A DNA stretch of 64,000 nt, taken from positions 672,001 through 736,000 of the forward strand of contig CAWEXO010000011.1 in the NCBI GenBank assembly GCA_963813025.1, read 5' to 3'. This stretch comes from an uncultured Verrucomicrobiae bacterium. Lineage in GTDB: Bacteria; Verrucomicrobiota; Verrucomicrobiia; Chthoniobacterales; JAFAMB01. Shown here piece after piece: positions 43,527 through 52,876 of this stretch; the first letter of the stretch is position 1, and each line of letters starts with the position of its first letter. The position numbers and the translations under genes are program-made. The notes beneath the pieces are model-generated. The model did not search any database. It had not been told where the DNA came from and saw only the letters and a list, made by a program, of their open reading frames with translations.

Positions 43527-44644
43527 GTGCAATAAGTCGGTGACTAGTTGTGCGATTATGTTGTACGCTATCTGGCGTGAGTTTAGGCAGAATTGTGTTG
43601 GCGCCGCCTGAGCGGCGTGAATTGAAGCGCAGGGCGCGGAAACGGTCTCTGGCGATGGAGTTAGTCAAACGTGCAGAGGTCATTTTGATGTTGGCATCAG
43701 GTCATTCTTACCGGGAAGTTCGGCAGCGGCTGGATTGCAGTGATGAGTATATCCGGGAGTGGAAGAAGCGCTTTCAAGAGGAGCGGTTGGCGGGACTCGA
43801 TTCGCGTTATCGCGGTAGTCCACGCCGAACCCGTACAGCTGAGACCGAGGCGCGTATCTTGGAACTCACGCGTCAGGGTCCCAAGGACGGTACGACCCAC
43901 TGGAGCAGCTATCGGCTGGCAAAAGATCTGGGCATTAGCCAGTCGAGCGTGAGCCGTGTCTGGCGCCATTTCGGCATTCAGCCTCATCGGCTGCGTGGTT
44001 ACATGGCCAGCGATGATCCTGAGTTTAAAGAGAAGGCGGCAGATATCATTGGCTTGTATCTTGAGCCACCGGTAAACGCCGCGGTCTTCTGCGTCGATGA
44101 GAAGAGCGCTATCCAAGCGCTCGATCGACTTGACCCAGTTTTGCCTCTTTCCCCCGGCCGAGCTGAACGACATGGCTTTGAGTATTTTCGTCACGGCACC
44201 CTCTCACTGTATGCGGCGCTCGACACTCGCACCGGCGACGTTATGGGAAAGACCACCGCTAGGCATACCAGTGCTGAGTTTGTCGGCTTTCTCGGCCAGA
44301 TCGTCGCCAGCCAGCCCGATGGCCGAGAGATTCACATCGTCGCCGACAACTTGAGCGCACATAAAACCAAGCATGTTTTCGAGTTCCTCCAGGCCAATCC
44401 AACGGTTCGGATCCACTACACCCCGACCTATTCCAGTTGGCTCAATCAAGTCGAGATCTGGTTTTCCAAAATCCAACGCGATGTCATCGCTCGCGGAATC
44501 TTCACTTCTACAACCGACCTCTCCAGAAAGCTGATTCGCTACATCAGGCAGTACAACAAAACCGCCACACCCTTCCGCTGGAGATATAAGAATGCCGATC
44601 ATCGCATTAAACAAGTCACTCAACGAGGCTCTGACTCACTGCAC
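43527..44644 (+). mobile_element. IS630-family element, complete, with TA target duplication
   Basis: Imperfect TIRs GTGCAATAAGTCGG / GTGCAGTGAGTCAG (11/14); TA at 43525-43526 and 44645-44646, both in CTAG context. Confidence 0.9.
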
Positions 44645-44647
44645 TAG
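43577..44647 (+). CDS. IS630 DDE transposase
   Basis: THWS, CVDEKSAIQA, YFRHGT, IVADNLSAHK, YTPTYSSWLNQVEIWF. Confidence 0.95.
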   Translation: MSLGRIVLAPPERRELKRRARKRSLAMELVKRAEVILMLASGHSYREVRQRLDCSDEYIREWKKRFQEERLAGLDSRYRGSPRRTRTAETEARILELTRQGPKDGTTHWSSYRLAKDLGISQSSVSRVWRHFGIQPHRLRGYMASDDPEFKEKAADIIGLYLEPPVNAAVFCVDEKSAIQALDRLDPVLPLSPGRAERHGFEYFRHGTLSLYAALDTRTGDVMGKTTARHTSAEFVGFLGQIVASQPDGREIHIVADNLSAHKTKHVFEFLQANPTVRIHYTPTYSSWLNQVEIWFSKIQRDVIARGIFTSTTDLSRKLIRYIRQYNKTATPFRWRYKNADHRIKQVTQRGSDSLH

Positions 44648-44665
44648 CACTAGCACTAACAGACG

Positions 44666-45166
44666 CTAGTAGAAGTGCTTGATCTCGGCGATCATGCGGC
44701 GCACATGCGCATAGTCTTGCCGCGGCTTGAGGATACGGTAACTCTGCCAAGGATCACCCCAACGAAGGATTTGAATCGTCACCCGACGCACTCCCCAATC
44801 GTTCATCTCGTTCCGCGTTGGACAATAGAGATCGATCGTGTTCCGACCGGCTAAATCCCAACCGTAGTCGTCGATTCGATAGATCTGACCGGTCGCAAGG
44901 ATCATGAACTGTGTACCGAGCGGCCAACGCGACCAGTCCGCCGCCGCGCTGCGCATTTCCGCGTTCTGCAGCACAGAGCCCGCAGCGCTCAGATTACTAT
45001 AAGGCAGATGATCGGTCTCGGTATGGGTGTACGCCGTGGTCCTGACTTTCATAAACTGGCTGCGCCTCAGCGGCGGCTCGTAGGTCGGCAGTTGGCGTTC
45101 AGCGCACCCAACAAGAAAGAGAGCCGCTCCTGTCAAGGCAGCGAGCGAGGCGACTCGGTGCTTCAT
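44666..45166 (-). CDS. 3D-domain lipoprotein
   Basis: Lipobox LVGC; VRTTAY, AAADWSRWPLGT, IDDYG, TIDLY. Confidence 0.85.
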   Translation of the reverse strand: MKHRVASLAALTGAALFLVGCAERQLPTYEPPLRRSQFMKVRTTAYTHTETDHLPYSNLSAAGSVLQNAEMRSAAADWSRWPLGTQFMILATGQIYRIDDYGWDLAGRNTIDLYCPTRNEMNDWGVRRVTIQILRWGDPWQSYRILKPRQDYAHVRRMIAEIKHFY

Positions 45167-45323
45167 GTGCGCGGATCATAGCGGGTTTCTAAGCGAACGT
45201 TCAATGTTTACGTTATGGGTAATTGAAGAGCGCGGGAGTGCCTGAGTTCGTTTGTTTGCCCAGCTGTTTCGTTATTTCGTTGCGTTGCATTTCCGCGGAG
45301 TTTGGCCTAAGAAACGTCCCGAG

Positions 45324-46415
45324 ATGTGGAACCCTTGGATCATTCGTACAAGCCTGATCGCTTCTTGGCTGGTCGGCGCACCCTGGCCGAGCGCTGGTCA
45401 GAACAGCACGGTTTGGCGCGAGGCACCGGTGCAACCAGCGCCGCTGAATTCCTTTGGATCAGAACCAACCACCCGACCGTCGTGGTTCAACAGCGTGGCC
45501 GACGATCCGGAGCAGGCTCGCGGATTGGCGGAATACCCGGCGGATGCTCCGCCGACCATCGCCAGCTCAGCGATGATGATCGATGCGAAAAGTGGCGAAA
45601 CACTTTTTTTCAAAAACCCCGATCTCCGGCGTCCGGTTGCCAGCACGCAGAAACTCATGACGGCGCTTCTGATCGCCGAGCACGGCGGCCTGGATGAGGC
45701 GGTGCGGGTCAGTCCCGCAGATTGTCGCGTGGAGCCGACCAAATTGTCTTTCCGCCCCGGAGAGGTCTATACCCGACGCCAGCTCTTGCCCGCGCTGTTG
45801 GTCCACAGTTGTAATGATGCCGCCCTCTGTCTGGCGCGCAACGACGCCGGGAGCATTGCCGCTTTCGCGCAGAAAATGAACGCGCGCGCCGCGATACTTC
45901 GAGCCAGCAACACGCATTTCGTCAATCCGAACGGTCTGCCTGTTCCCGGCCAGTACTCGACCGCGCGCGATATGGCGCGCATTGCTTACGTCGCTTATCA
46001 CAACGCGACGCTTCGACCCTATATGCGTTTGACCGGACTGAATTTCACTTACAACTCCGGCCGGCATCGTTTTTTGGAGGCGACCAATAAACTCATTGCG
46101 CGCTCGCCCATTTTTACCGGAATGAAGACTGGCTACACCGAAGCGTCGGGCCGCTGTCTGGTGTCGAGTGCCTCCAACGAAGGTCACGAAATCATACTGG
46201 TGCAGCTCGGAGGGACGCACAACATGCTGTTCAACGATGCGGAGCGGTTGTTACTGTGGTGGTTGGAGCGCGATGGAGGCGGCGGGGCAGAACTGGCTCG
46301 CCTGGCACACTCTGCACCGTCTGTAGGAGAAGCCGCGGTCAGCGGACAGGGGGCGGCTCGTGTTCGATGGCCAAAAACCCGCGCGGGATACCCTTCGAAT
46401 CAAGTATCGGATTGA
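45324..46415 (+). CDS. D-alanyl-D-alanine carboxypeptidase (peptidase S11)
   Basis: ASTQK (SxxK), SCN (SxN), KTG, FVNPNGL, STARD. Confidence 0.92.
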   Translation: MWNPWIIRTSLIASWLVGAPWPSAGQNSTVWREAPVQPAPLNSFGSEPTTRPSWFNSVADDPEQARGLAEYPADAPPTIASSAMMIDAKSGETLFFKNPDLRRPVASTQKLMTALLIAEHGGLDEAVRVSPADCRVEPTKLSFRPGEVYTRRQLLPALLVHSCNDAALCLARNDAGSIAAFAQKMNARAAILRASNTHFVNPNGLPVPGQYSTARDMARIAYVAYHNATLRPYMRLTGLNFTYNSGRHRFLEATNKLIARSPIFTGMKTGYTEASGRCLVSSASNEGHEIILVQLGGTHNMLFNDAERLLLWWLERDGGGGAELARLAHSAPSVGEAAVSGQGAARVRWPKTRAGYPSNQVSD

Positions 46416-46596
46416 TACCGATGGAAACGCGATAAGCGTTTCCGTTCTTGTGATAGTTGATCAGCTCTTCCCGGCACGGTTTTCCCTGTGGAATTGCGTC
46501 CCCCATGCGCGCGATCGCCGCGGGGTGGCTCCTGGGACCCTGCAGCACAGCGCCTGGCTTTTTGCCGCGCAATTCTCTCAGCCCGTAACCGCACAT
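46339..46596 (-). pseudogene. N-terminally truncated PAS/PAC domain
   Basis: MCGY..ELRGKKPG.LQGP...LINYHKNG..Y.V.I.I.PI.D...F.AIE. Confidence 0.65.
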
Positions 46597-46632
46597 CTCT
46601 GCTTTACGACTTGGTGCTGTCGCTGGATGTAG

Positions 46633-47220
46633 TCAGGTCGGACGGCCGACCACGACGTAGTCCATTCCGCCGGCCGCGGCGGCCTCAAACCCGGCAATGC
46701 TATCTTCCAGAACAACGCAGTTTCCGGCCGGCACCTCCATTCGCCGCGCAGCTTCCAAAAACATGTCGGGAAACGGTTTTCCGTGCGGCACCTGTTCCGA
46801 GGTGACGATGACCGAAAAGAATCCCTCCAGTCCGATCGCCTTCAGAGTTCGGCGCACAATCGGCAGTTCACCCCCAGAGGCGACCGCCACTTGCGCCTGC
46901 TCGCGGACTTTCCGAGCGAATTTGATGACTTCAGGGATGGGCTCGATCGCGTCGATCAAAGTGAGGTAAAGACTCTCTTTACGCGTCGCGACAACGATCG
47001 GGTCCAGTGTGGTACCGTATTGCTCGTTGAGCGCCTCGACGACTTTCGGGCTCGGCAATCCACCGAGGGAGTAAAAGATCTCTTCGTTGATCATACCATT
47101 GAACTCCGTGACCGCCTCTTTCCATGCTCGATAGTGCACCGGCATGGAGTGGGCCAGCGTTCCATCGCAATCGAAAATATACCCGTCATAGAGTTTTTGT
47201 GGCTCCGTGAAGATTCCCAT
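46633..47220 (-). CDS. HAD-family phosphatase (YqaB/beta-PGM-like)
   Basis: IFDCDGTL, VASGG, GKPFPD, VLEDS. Confidence 0.92.
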   Translation of the reverse strand: MGIFTEPQKLYDGYIFDCDGTLAHSMPVHYRAWKEAVTEFNGMINEEIFYSLGGLPSPKVVEALNEQYGTTLDPIVVATRKESLYLTLIDAIEPIPEVIKFARKVREQAQVAVASGGELPIVRRTLKAIGLEGFFSVIVTSEQVPHGKPFPDMFLEAARRMEVPAGNCVVLEDSIAGFEAAAAGGMDYVVVGRPT

Positions 47221-47359
47221 AGATGCGGCAGATTAGCAGAGTTGGCGAGCTTAGGAGTTCAGAATTCAATTCATTGCCTCTTCGGGACGAGAGCCAAAGT
47301 CCGACAGAGCCATGCTTGCCGGTGAAGAAAATCCTGACAAGCTGGAAGCTTGTTTTACT

Positions 47360-48982
47360 ATGCAGGACTCGATGGAATCAGCCGTGGTTACAGAGCGACA
47401 GACAATTCGGGCGACGTTGAGCAGGATCGTCGAGCTGGCCGGCCGCTATCCGTTCTGTGTTCTGGCGCTGCCCTCGATCTATCTACTCCTCCGCTATCCA
47501 ATTCTTTGGAAAGACATCGACGCGCTGGCCCAGTTGGTCTGGCGCGCGGGCGCGGTCAATATCCTCCACTATCCGCCCATCTATTGTTTCGGGGGGAGAG
47601 TTCCTTTCTGGATCGACCACGCTGTTTCCAGCCTTTTGGGTGGCGGAAAGGTTCCTCCGCTTGATCTGTTCGGTCCGCAACAGCCCACTTTACACGGCCT
47701 TTACCTTTTGATCATCGGGCAGCATCTGGCGCTGGTGCTCAGCCTGGCTTTTTTCGTGTATTCGGTCACTCCATCGGTCGCCGGACGTGGCTGGTTGACG
47801 CTCGGCACTCTTGGATTCAGCGCGTTCTATGCGAACCAGCAATGCGCCGGTTCAGAGTCCCTCAGCGTCGTTGCAATAATCCTCGTTGTCGCCTTTACGG
47901 TGCGAGTCGTGCGGGAAACCCAGCCGGGCAGTGCCAGAGAAAAATTCTGGCTGACGTGGCTCGGCTACGGCGCGAGTCTGACTCTGGCGGTTGGCACCCG
48001 GCATATCAATGTAGTGCTGGGCGCCTGCCTTCCTTTGAGTCTGCTCTTCTTTTTCGGCGGGAAAACCGGGGGATGGTCCAAAATCGTCCCTTTAGGGAGT
48101 CTCGCCGTGCTGCTTGCCGGGGGAGCGCTCTTGATCAATTTAACGCTGGCTTCGTGGCTGATCCGCTCGGTTGGCGACGAGTTCCGGACGATTACCGGGA
48201 TTGCCCTCAGCGCTCGCATCGAGGGATTCTTGAGAAAACTGCCGCCCGCCAAGCGTCGCGATCTTGCCGAAAAACTAGCCTCCCGTGAAGAAAATGCCGT
48301 GGTTCGTGCGGCGATCTTCAGCCTGGTCAACGTAGGCTCCTTTGAGCACGGCTCGGATAAAGTTATTCAACAAGCGCTGCGCGCAGCTGGCTATCCGGAA
48401 CAGAAAATCCGGTCGGAATCCGAACGGATCATTACCCGCGCGTCGCTCGCCTATCTGCGATCACTTCACCCGAAACTGATTGGTGCGATCCTCAAAGATT
48501 TTGACTACGGATTCGTGCGTTCGACAAATGGCAAACTCAGCCGGGTTCCATTCCTGGCGAATCTGGGCGCGGCCGAGCTGAGCCGGGATAATCCAGAAAT
48601 GTGGAAGCCCGTCCTTCGCTCTTTGGATCTAGCGACGGCCGCTCACGAACTGCAAAGGGCCAGGCGGGACTTTTTCCTCGGTTTTGGAGGCCGAATGCCG
48701 TTGCTCCTCCTCCTTTTGGCTGGCGCGATCCTGGGGATATCTGGCTCGCGGTTTTCCAGTCTGGGGACAGTCTCGCTCGCCCTGGTCGCGACTGGCGCGC
48801 TACTCTATCTTGTTAACTGTATCTTCATCCCGACGATTGACCGTTATACGTTGCCGCTGCTGGTGACTGGGTACGCTTCGTTCATGACAGGACTGGCAGC
48901 GTGGCTCGATCATCCGAAAGGCACTCTGCGGGAGGCTGCTGCGCGACCGATCGTCCAATCTCGCGCCAGCATTGGTCGGTAA
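47360..48982 (+). CDS. Polytopic membrane protein, putative GT-C glycosyltransferase (paralog 1)
   Basis: YPILWKDIDAL, HYPPIYC, QCAGSES, GTRHIN, DRYTLP; homologous to 53562 and 55218. Confidence 0.6.
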   Translation: MQDSMESAVVTERQTIRATLSRIVELAGRYPFCVLALPSIYLLLRYPILWKDIDALAQLVWRAGAVNILHYPPIYCFGGRVPFWIDHAVSSLLGGGKVPPLDLFGPQQPTLHGLYLLIIGQHLALVLSLAFFVYSVTPSVAGRGWLTLGTLGFSAFYANQQCAGSESLSVVAIILVVAFTVRVVRETQPGSAREKFWLTWLGYGASLTLAVGTRHINVVLGACLPLSLLFFFGGKTGGWSKIVPLGSLAVLLAGGALLINLTLASWLIRSVGDEFRTITGIALSARIEGFLRKLPPAKRRDLAEKLASREENAVVRAAIFSLVNVGSFEHGSDKVIQQALRAAGYPEQKIRSESERIITRASLAYLRSLHPKLIGAILKDFDYGFVRSTNGKLSRVPFLANLGAAELSRDNPEMWKPVLRSLDLATAAHELQRARRDFFLGFGGRMPLLLLLLAGAILGISGSRFSSLGTVSLALVATGALLYLVNCIFIPTIDRYTLPLLVTGYASFMTGLAAWLDHPKGTLREAAARPIVQSRASIGR

Positions 48983-49130
48983 CGCGAGCGGCTCCTTGCT
49001 GGCGGATTCGAGGTTGTCTGGGTTAAAGCGGTGGGGCGAAGGTTTTTTTCGCCCCAACCGGGTGGAAGTCAGTCACACTGACGTGGTACCGGAAAAAACC
49101 GAGCGCCGGCTTAGCGCCGAGACAGCGGCG

Positions 49131-49514
49131 CTATTCCAGCTTAATCTTCCGCGGCTTGACGCTTTCCGCTTTCGGCAGCGTTACGATTAAAACGCCGTTC
49201 TCGACACGCGCGCTAATCTTTGTCGTGTCAATTGAGGCATCTAGTTCATACGAACGCCGGTAATCAAAGGGCCGTCTTTCTGAATAAATCAGCTCACCGG
49301 CCGGTTGAAGCTGCTTACGGTGACCCTCAAGCACCAGATCGCCATTCTCGACGGTGACTTCGATGCCGTCCTTATCAACGCCGGGCATCTCAGCGCGCAG
49401 AACGTATCCGTCCGCTGTGGACTCGATGTCCGCCAGCGGAGCCACATAATAACGCCCTTCGCTTTGGTTGCGAACGGGTACTGCTTGGTTCTCTTGTTTC
49501 GCAAGGGTGTTCAT
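49131..49514 (-). CDS. Hsp20 small heat shock protein
   Basis: AEMPGVDKD, IDTTKISARVENGVL.VTLPK, PRKI. Confidence 0.93.
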   Translation of the reverse strand: MNTLAKQENQAVPVRNQSEGRYYVAPLADIESTADGYVLRAEMPGVDKDGIEVTVENGDLVLEGHRKQLQPAGELIYSERRPFDYRRSYELDASIDTTKISARVENGVLIVTLPKAESVKPRKIKLE

Positions 49515-49557
49515 AGATTTTTCAATTTGTGGGATCCGCGGGTGCGGATCCGAAGGT

Positions 49558-50019
49558 TTAATTCAGAGAGACTTCGATCTGCTTCGGTTTTGCCTCTTCG
49601 GCCTTGGGCAGCACAATCTGCAGGATGCCGTCCTGGTAAGACGCCTTAACCTTGCTGGCATCAACCGGCGCCGGCAGAGTGATTGTTCGCTGGAAGCTGC
49701 CAGAGAAACGCTCGCTGCGAAGCCCTTCGTCGTCTTTTTCCTCCCTATTGCGGTTGCCAGAGATGGTCAGGGCGTCGCCTTGCAATGAAATATCGACGTC
49801 CTCTTTTTTCATTCCTGGCAGGTCAACCAGAACAGTGAACTCGTCGCGGTCCTGGTAAAGATCGAGCGGCGGAGCCCAGCTGCGGAACGAAGCGTTCAAA
49901 CGGCTGACGGGATCCACGGCAGGATCGAACAAACGGTTCATCTCTTCCCGGAGCGAGTTGAAGCGCTCAAACACGCTCGGAAGACCGGATTCCGGATAAC
50001 GATAACGGATCAGATTCAT
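49558..50019 (-). CDS. Hsp20 small heat shock protein
   Basis: WAPPLD, DLPGMKKED, ERFSGSFQR, YQDGILQIVLPK, PKQIEV. Confidence 0.95.
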   Translation of the reverse strand: MNLIRYRYPESGLPSVFERFNSLREEMNRLFDPAVDPVSRLNASFRSWAPPLDLYQDRDEFTVLVDLPGMKKEDVDISLQGDALTISGNRNREEKDDEGLRSERFSGSFQRTITLPAPVDASKVKASYQDGILQIVLPKAEEAKPKQIEVSLN

Positions 50020-50058
50020 AAGTTTAGAGGTTTTCAGAAGTAAACAGAGACCGTAAGA

Positions 50059-50074
50059 AGCTTTTCGTATGCCA
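50059..50074 (-). promoter_or_regulatory. Putative sigma54 (-24/-12) promoter for the hsp20 pair
   Basis: Minus strand TGGCATACGAAAAGCT has GG-N10-GC spacing, 40 bp upstream of the ATG; IHF-like AATCAGGTAATTA at 50105-50117. Confidence 0.65.
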
Positions 50075-50239
50075 AAAACAGGATGATATCCCTAACCAGC
50101 TGATAATCAGGTAATTAGAACGTTCCAAATAATAAATGACCATAATACATGTGTCATAATGTCGCCATTATTCAGAAAATTGCCTAGAACCGTGTGCGCC
50201 ACTATGGCTCTTGGTCTTCTGTTCTTGTCGCACCAGTCT

Positions 50240-50660
50240 GTAGGGGAAAGGAGCGATAGCTGTGCTTCGTCGAAGCGTTGTCGTCGAAGAGTGGGTCTTC
50301 AGTCCTCGAGGCGCATGCCTTGCGCATGGCGAAGAGTCGGCAGCCGGGCTCTGAAAGCTCACAAGCTGGAAGCTTACCCAATCGTTGGTCGCCAAACTGT
50401 CGCGCAGGTGCCGAGGACCTGCGCAGGGTGCCGGGGCACCCGTCCCTCGGGAGGGTCCCTCCCGGGCGGACCTGTCCCCAAGGAACGGACCTGTCCCCAA
50501 GGAACGGACCTGTCCCCAAGGAAAGCGGACCTGTCCCCATCGGAGGTGTGGTCCCCATCGGAGGTGTGTCTGGCAGCGGAGGGACCGGAGCACGGACGAG
50601 GGCATCCGCGCTACGGGACGCGTATGCCTCGCGCGCCACTGCGGGGTGACCTTTCCCCAC
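50240..50660. repeat. Composite repeat cluster including 19-bp tandem (CGGACCTGTCCCCAAGGAA) x3-4
   Basis: Bounded by GTAGGGGAAAGG ... CCTTTCCCCAC; tandem at ~50467-50540. Confidence 0.8.
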
Positions 50661-50782
50661 AACCGGGCGACGCTTGGACAGCCAAAGAGTACAGCCCGGC
50701 CGCTTTCGAAAAATGAGCTTCGACCTAGGTTTAGAATGGCGAACGCTCTGGTGTTCAGGTCAGATTGTTTGAGCTTATGACC

Positions 50783-51223
50783 ATGAAACCCGACCCAGTT
50801 ACACAGATTCGTGAAGCAAAACTCGCCAAAGGTTTGACCTGGGAACAGATCGCCGAACACGTGGGCAAGTCGCCGGTGTTCCTGACCTCGGCCTGCCTCG
50901 GAGAAAACAGCTTCTCGCGTGAAGACGCGGGTAAACTGTGCGCTCTGCTCGGCCTAGACGAGACGATTGTCCGGCATCTGCAGCAATGTCCGCTGAAGGC
51001 GCAGCGCTCTCTCGCTATCCCGCAGGACCCGCTGATCTACCGTTTTCACGAGATTACGCTGGTCTATGGTGAGACTATCAAAGAGCTTATCCACGAGAAG
51101 TTCGGGGATGGCATCATGAGCGCGATCGACTTCACGATCGACGTCGACAAAGTGGAAGATCCTAAAGGCGATCGCGTGAAAGTGACGATGTGCGGCAAGT
51201 TCCTCCCGTACAAGAAATGGTGA
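50783..51223 (+). CDS. cynS: Cyanase
   Basis: PQDPLIYRFHE, IHEKFGDGIMSAIDF, GKFLPY. Confidence 0.95.
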   Translation: MKPDPVTQIREAKLAKGLTWEQIAEHVGKSPVFLTSACLGENSFSREDAGKLCALLGLDETIVRHLQQCPLKAQRSLAIPQDPLIYRFHEITLVYGETIKELIHEKFGDGIMSAIDFTIDVDKVEDPKGDRVKVTMCGKFLPYKKW

Positions 51224-51226
51224 CTG

Positions 51227-51547
51227 ATGAAGGCGAGTGAGCAAATTCATGAGGCTGTGATGAGCTGGTCCGGTGTAACGGCGCGGCCTCATCGCTTCGG
51301 TGGCACCGAATATCGTTTGGAACGCCGAGAGCTTGGACACGTTCACGGGGATTACCTGATCGATATTCCGTTTCCCAAAAACGTTCGAAACGAACTGATA
51401 GCCGCGGGGTTAGCCGAGCCGCACCATATCTTGCCAGAAAGTGGTTGGATAAGTTTCTACATCAAACAAACCGACCAGGTGGAGGCAGCGATAGCATTGC
51501 TCCGTCGCTCGTACGATTTAGCGATCGCTCGGAAAGCCGCGAATTAG
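51227..51547 (+). CDS. DUF5519 (luciferase-like domain) protein
   Basis: PHRFGGTEY, ELGHVHG, AEPHHILPESGWI. Confidence 0.85.
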   Translation: MKASEQIHEAVMSWSGVTARPHRFGGTEYRLERRELGHVHGDYLIDIPFPKNVRNELIAAGLAEPHHILPESGWISFYIKQTDQVEAAIALLRRSYDLAIARKAAN

Positions 51548-51637
51548 AGCGTCTCTTTGACCCGAGGAATCCCGTTTGAAAAATTCGGGAAATGCCTTAT
51601 CGCAGCCGATGACCGGTTTCGGCTTCCCGGACAATCC

Positions 51638-52876
51638 ATGAGTGAACCCGCAGGTACAACTGAGCGCTCCAGACACGGTGACGCCAGCCTGAGCGAGGTC
51701 GAGACGGCGGCGAAGAAAGTCGAAATCTCCATCGTTATGCCGTGCCTCAATGAGGAGGGAACGATTGGCAAATGCATCGAAAAAGCACGTCGCTGGATCG
51801 AGCTCAGGCAGCTGGAGGCGGAGATTATCGTAGCTGATAACGGCAGCATTGACGCTTCCCGACAAATCGCGGCAGCCAATGGAGCCAGGATTTGTTCCGT
51901 GCCCGAGCCGGGCTACGGTTGCGCTCTGATGGGCGGCATCCAGATAGCTCGGGGCCAATATGTCATCATGGGGGACGCCGATGACAGCTACGATTTTTCG
52001 AACCTGGACGGATTTCTGGAAAAATTGCGAGCTGGCTTTGACCTCGTTCAGGGATGTCGCCTCGCTGCTGGTGGCGGCAAAATTATGCCGGACGCCATGC
52101 CCTTTCTGCATCGGTGGCTCGGCAACCCTTTGTTCAGCCTGCTGGCTCGGGTTTGGTTTGGTGCACCGATAAACGACGTCAATTGCGGTTTACGGGGGTT
52201 TTCGGCCAACTTTTATCGGACGCTCAATATGCAGTGTGCCGGAATGGAGTTCGCAGTGGAGATGGTGATAAAGGCCTGTCTTTCCGGGGCGCGCATGACT
52301 GAAGTACCAATTACCCTCCATCGCGACGGGCGCATTAATCAGCGGCCGCACCTGCGGACTTTTCGAGACGGCTGGCGCACCCTTCGTTTTTTTCTCATGT
52401 TCAGCCCGCGTTGGTTATTCGTCATTCCAGGGCTTATCCTCGTGGTGGTAGGGCTTTCGGCGTACGCGATTTTATTGCCCGGAACTTTTTTTATCGGCCG
52501 AATCGGTCTCGATATTCACACGCTGCTTTTTGCCGCGGCCCTGATTATTGTTGGATTCGATGCGGTTGCCTTTGGCTTTTTCACCCGGGTCTTTGCAGCT
52601 TCGGCCCGGTTGATGCCGGGCGAATCTGTTTTCAATCGGTTGAACGAACAATTGACGCTCGAGATCGGGCTGATCGGATCCGCGCTGTTTTTGTCGATCG
52701 GAGCGATCCTTGCTCTCGTGGCGTTTCTCCACTGGCGCGCCACTGATTTCGGGGCTCTGGATTCTGGCGCGTCTGTTCGTTTAGTCGTGAGCAGCACGAC
52801 GCTGCTTATCCTGGGTTTCCAAATGGCATTTGCAACGTTTTTTCTAAGTATTCTCAACCTGCAGCGCCGCGGATGA
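51638..52876 (+). CDS. GT2 polyprenol-phosphate glycosyltransferase (DPM/GtrB-like) with C-terminal TM segments
   Basis: SIVMPCLNEE, ADNGS, MGDADDSYD, LRTFRDGWR. Confidence 0.9.
   Translation: MSEPAGTTERSRHGDASLSEVETAAKKVEISIVMPCLNEEGTIGKCIEKARRWIELRQLEAEIIVADNGSIDASRQIAAANGARICSVPEPGYGCALMGGIQIARGQYVIMGDADDSYDFSNLDGFLEKLRAGFDLVQGCRLAAGGGKIMPDAMPFLHRWLGNPLFSLLARVWFGAPINDVNCGLRGFSANFYRTLNMQCAGMEFAVEMVIKACLSGARMTEVPITLHRDGRINQRPHLRTFRDGWRTLRFFLMFSPRWLFVIPGLILVVVGLSAYAILLPGTFFIGRIGLDIHTLLFAAALIIVGFDAVAFGFFTRVFAASARLMPGESVFNRLNEQLTLEIGLIGSALFLSIGAILALVAFLHWRATDFGALDSGASVRLVVSSTTLLILGFQMAFATFFLSILNLQRRG

Noticed and set aside
50467..50570. Possible CRISPR array
   Set aside because: The 19-bp units are directly tandem with no unique spacers, and there are no cas genes
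50159..50860. Long overlapping ORFs of 120-230 aa
   Set aside because: They are translations of GC-rich repeat DNA with no protein-like motifs
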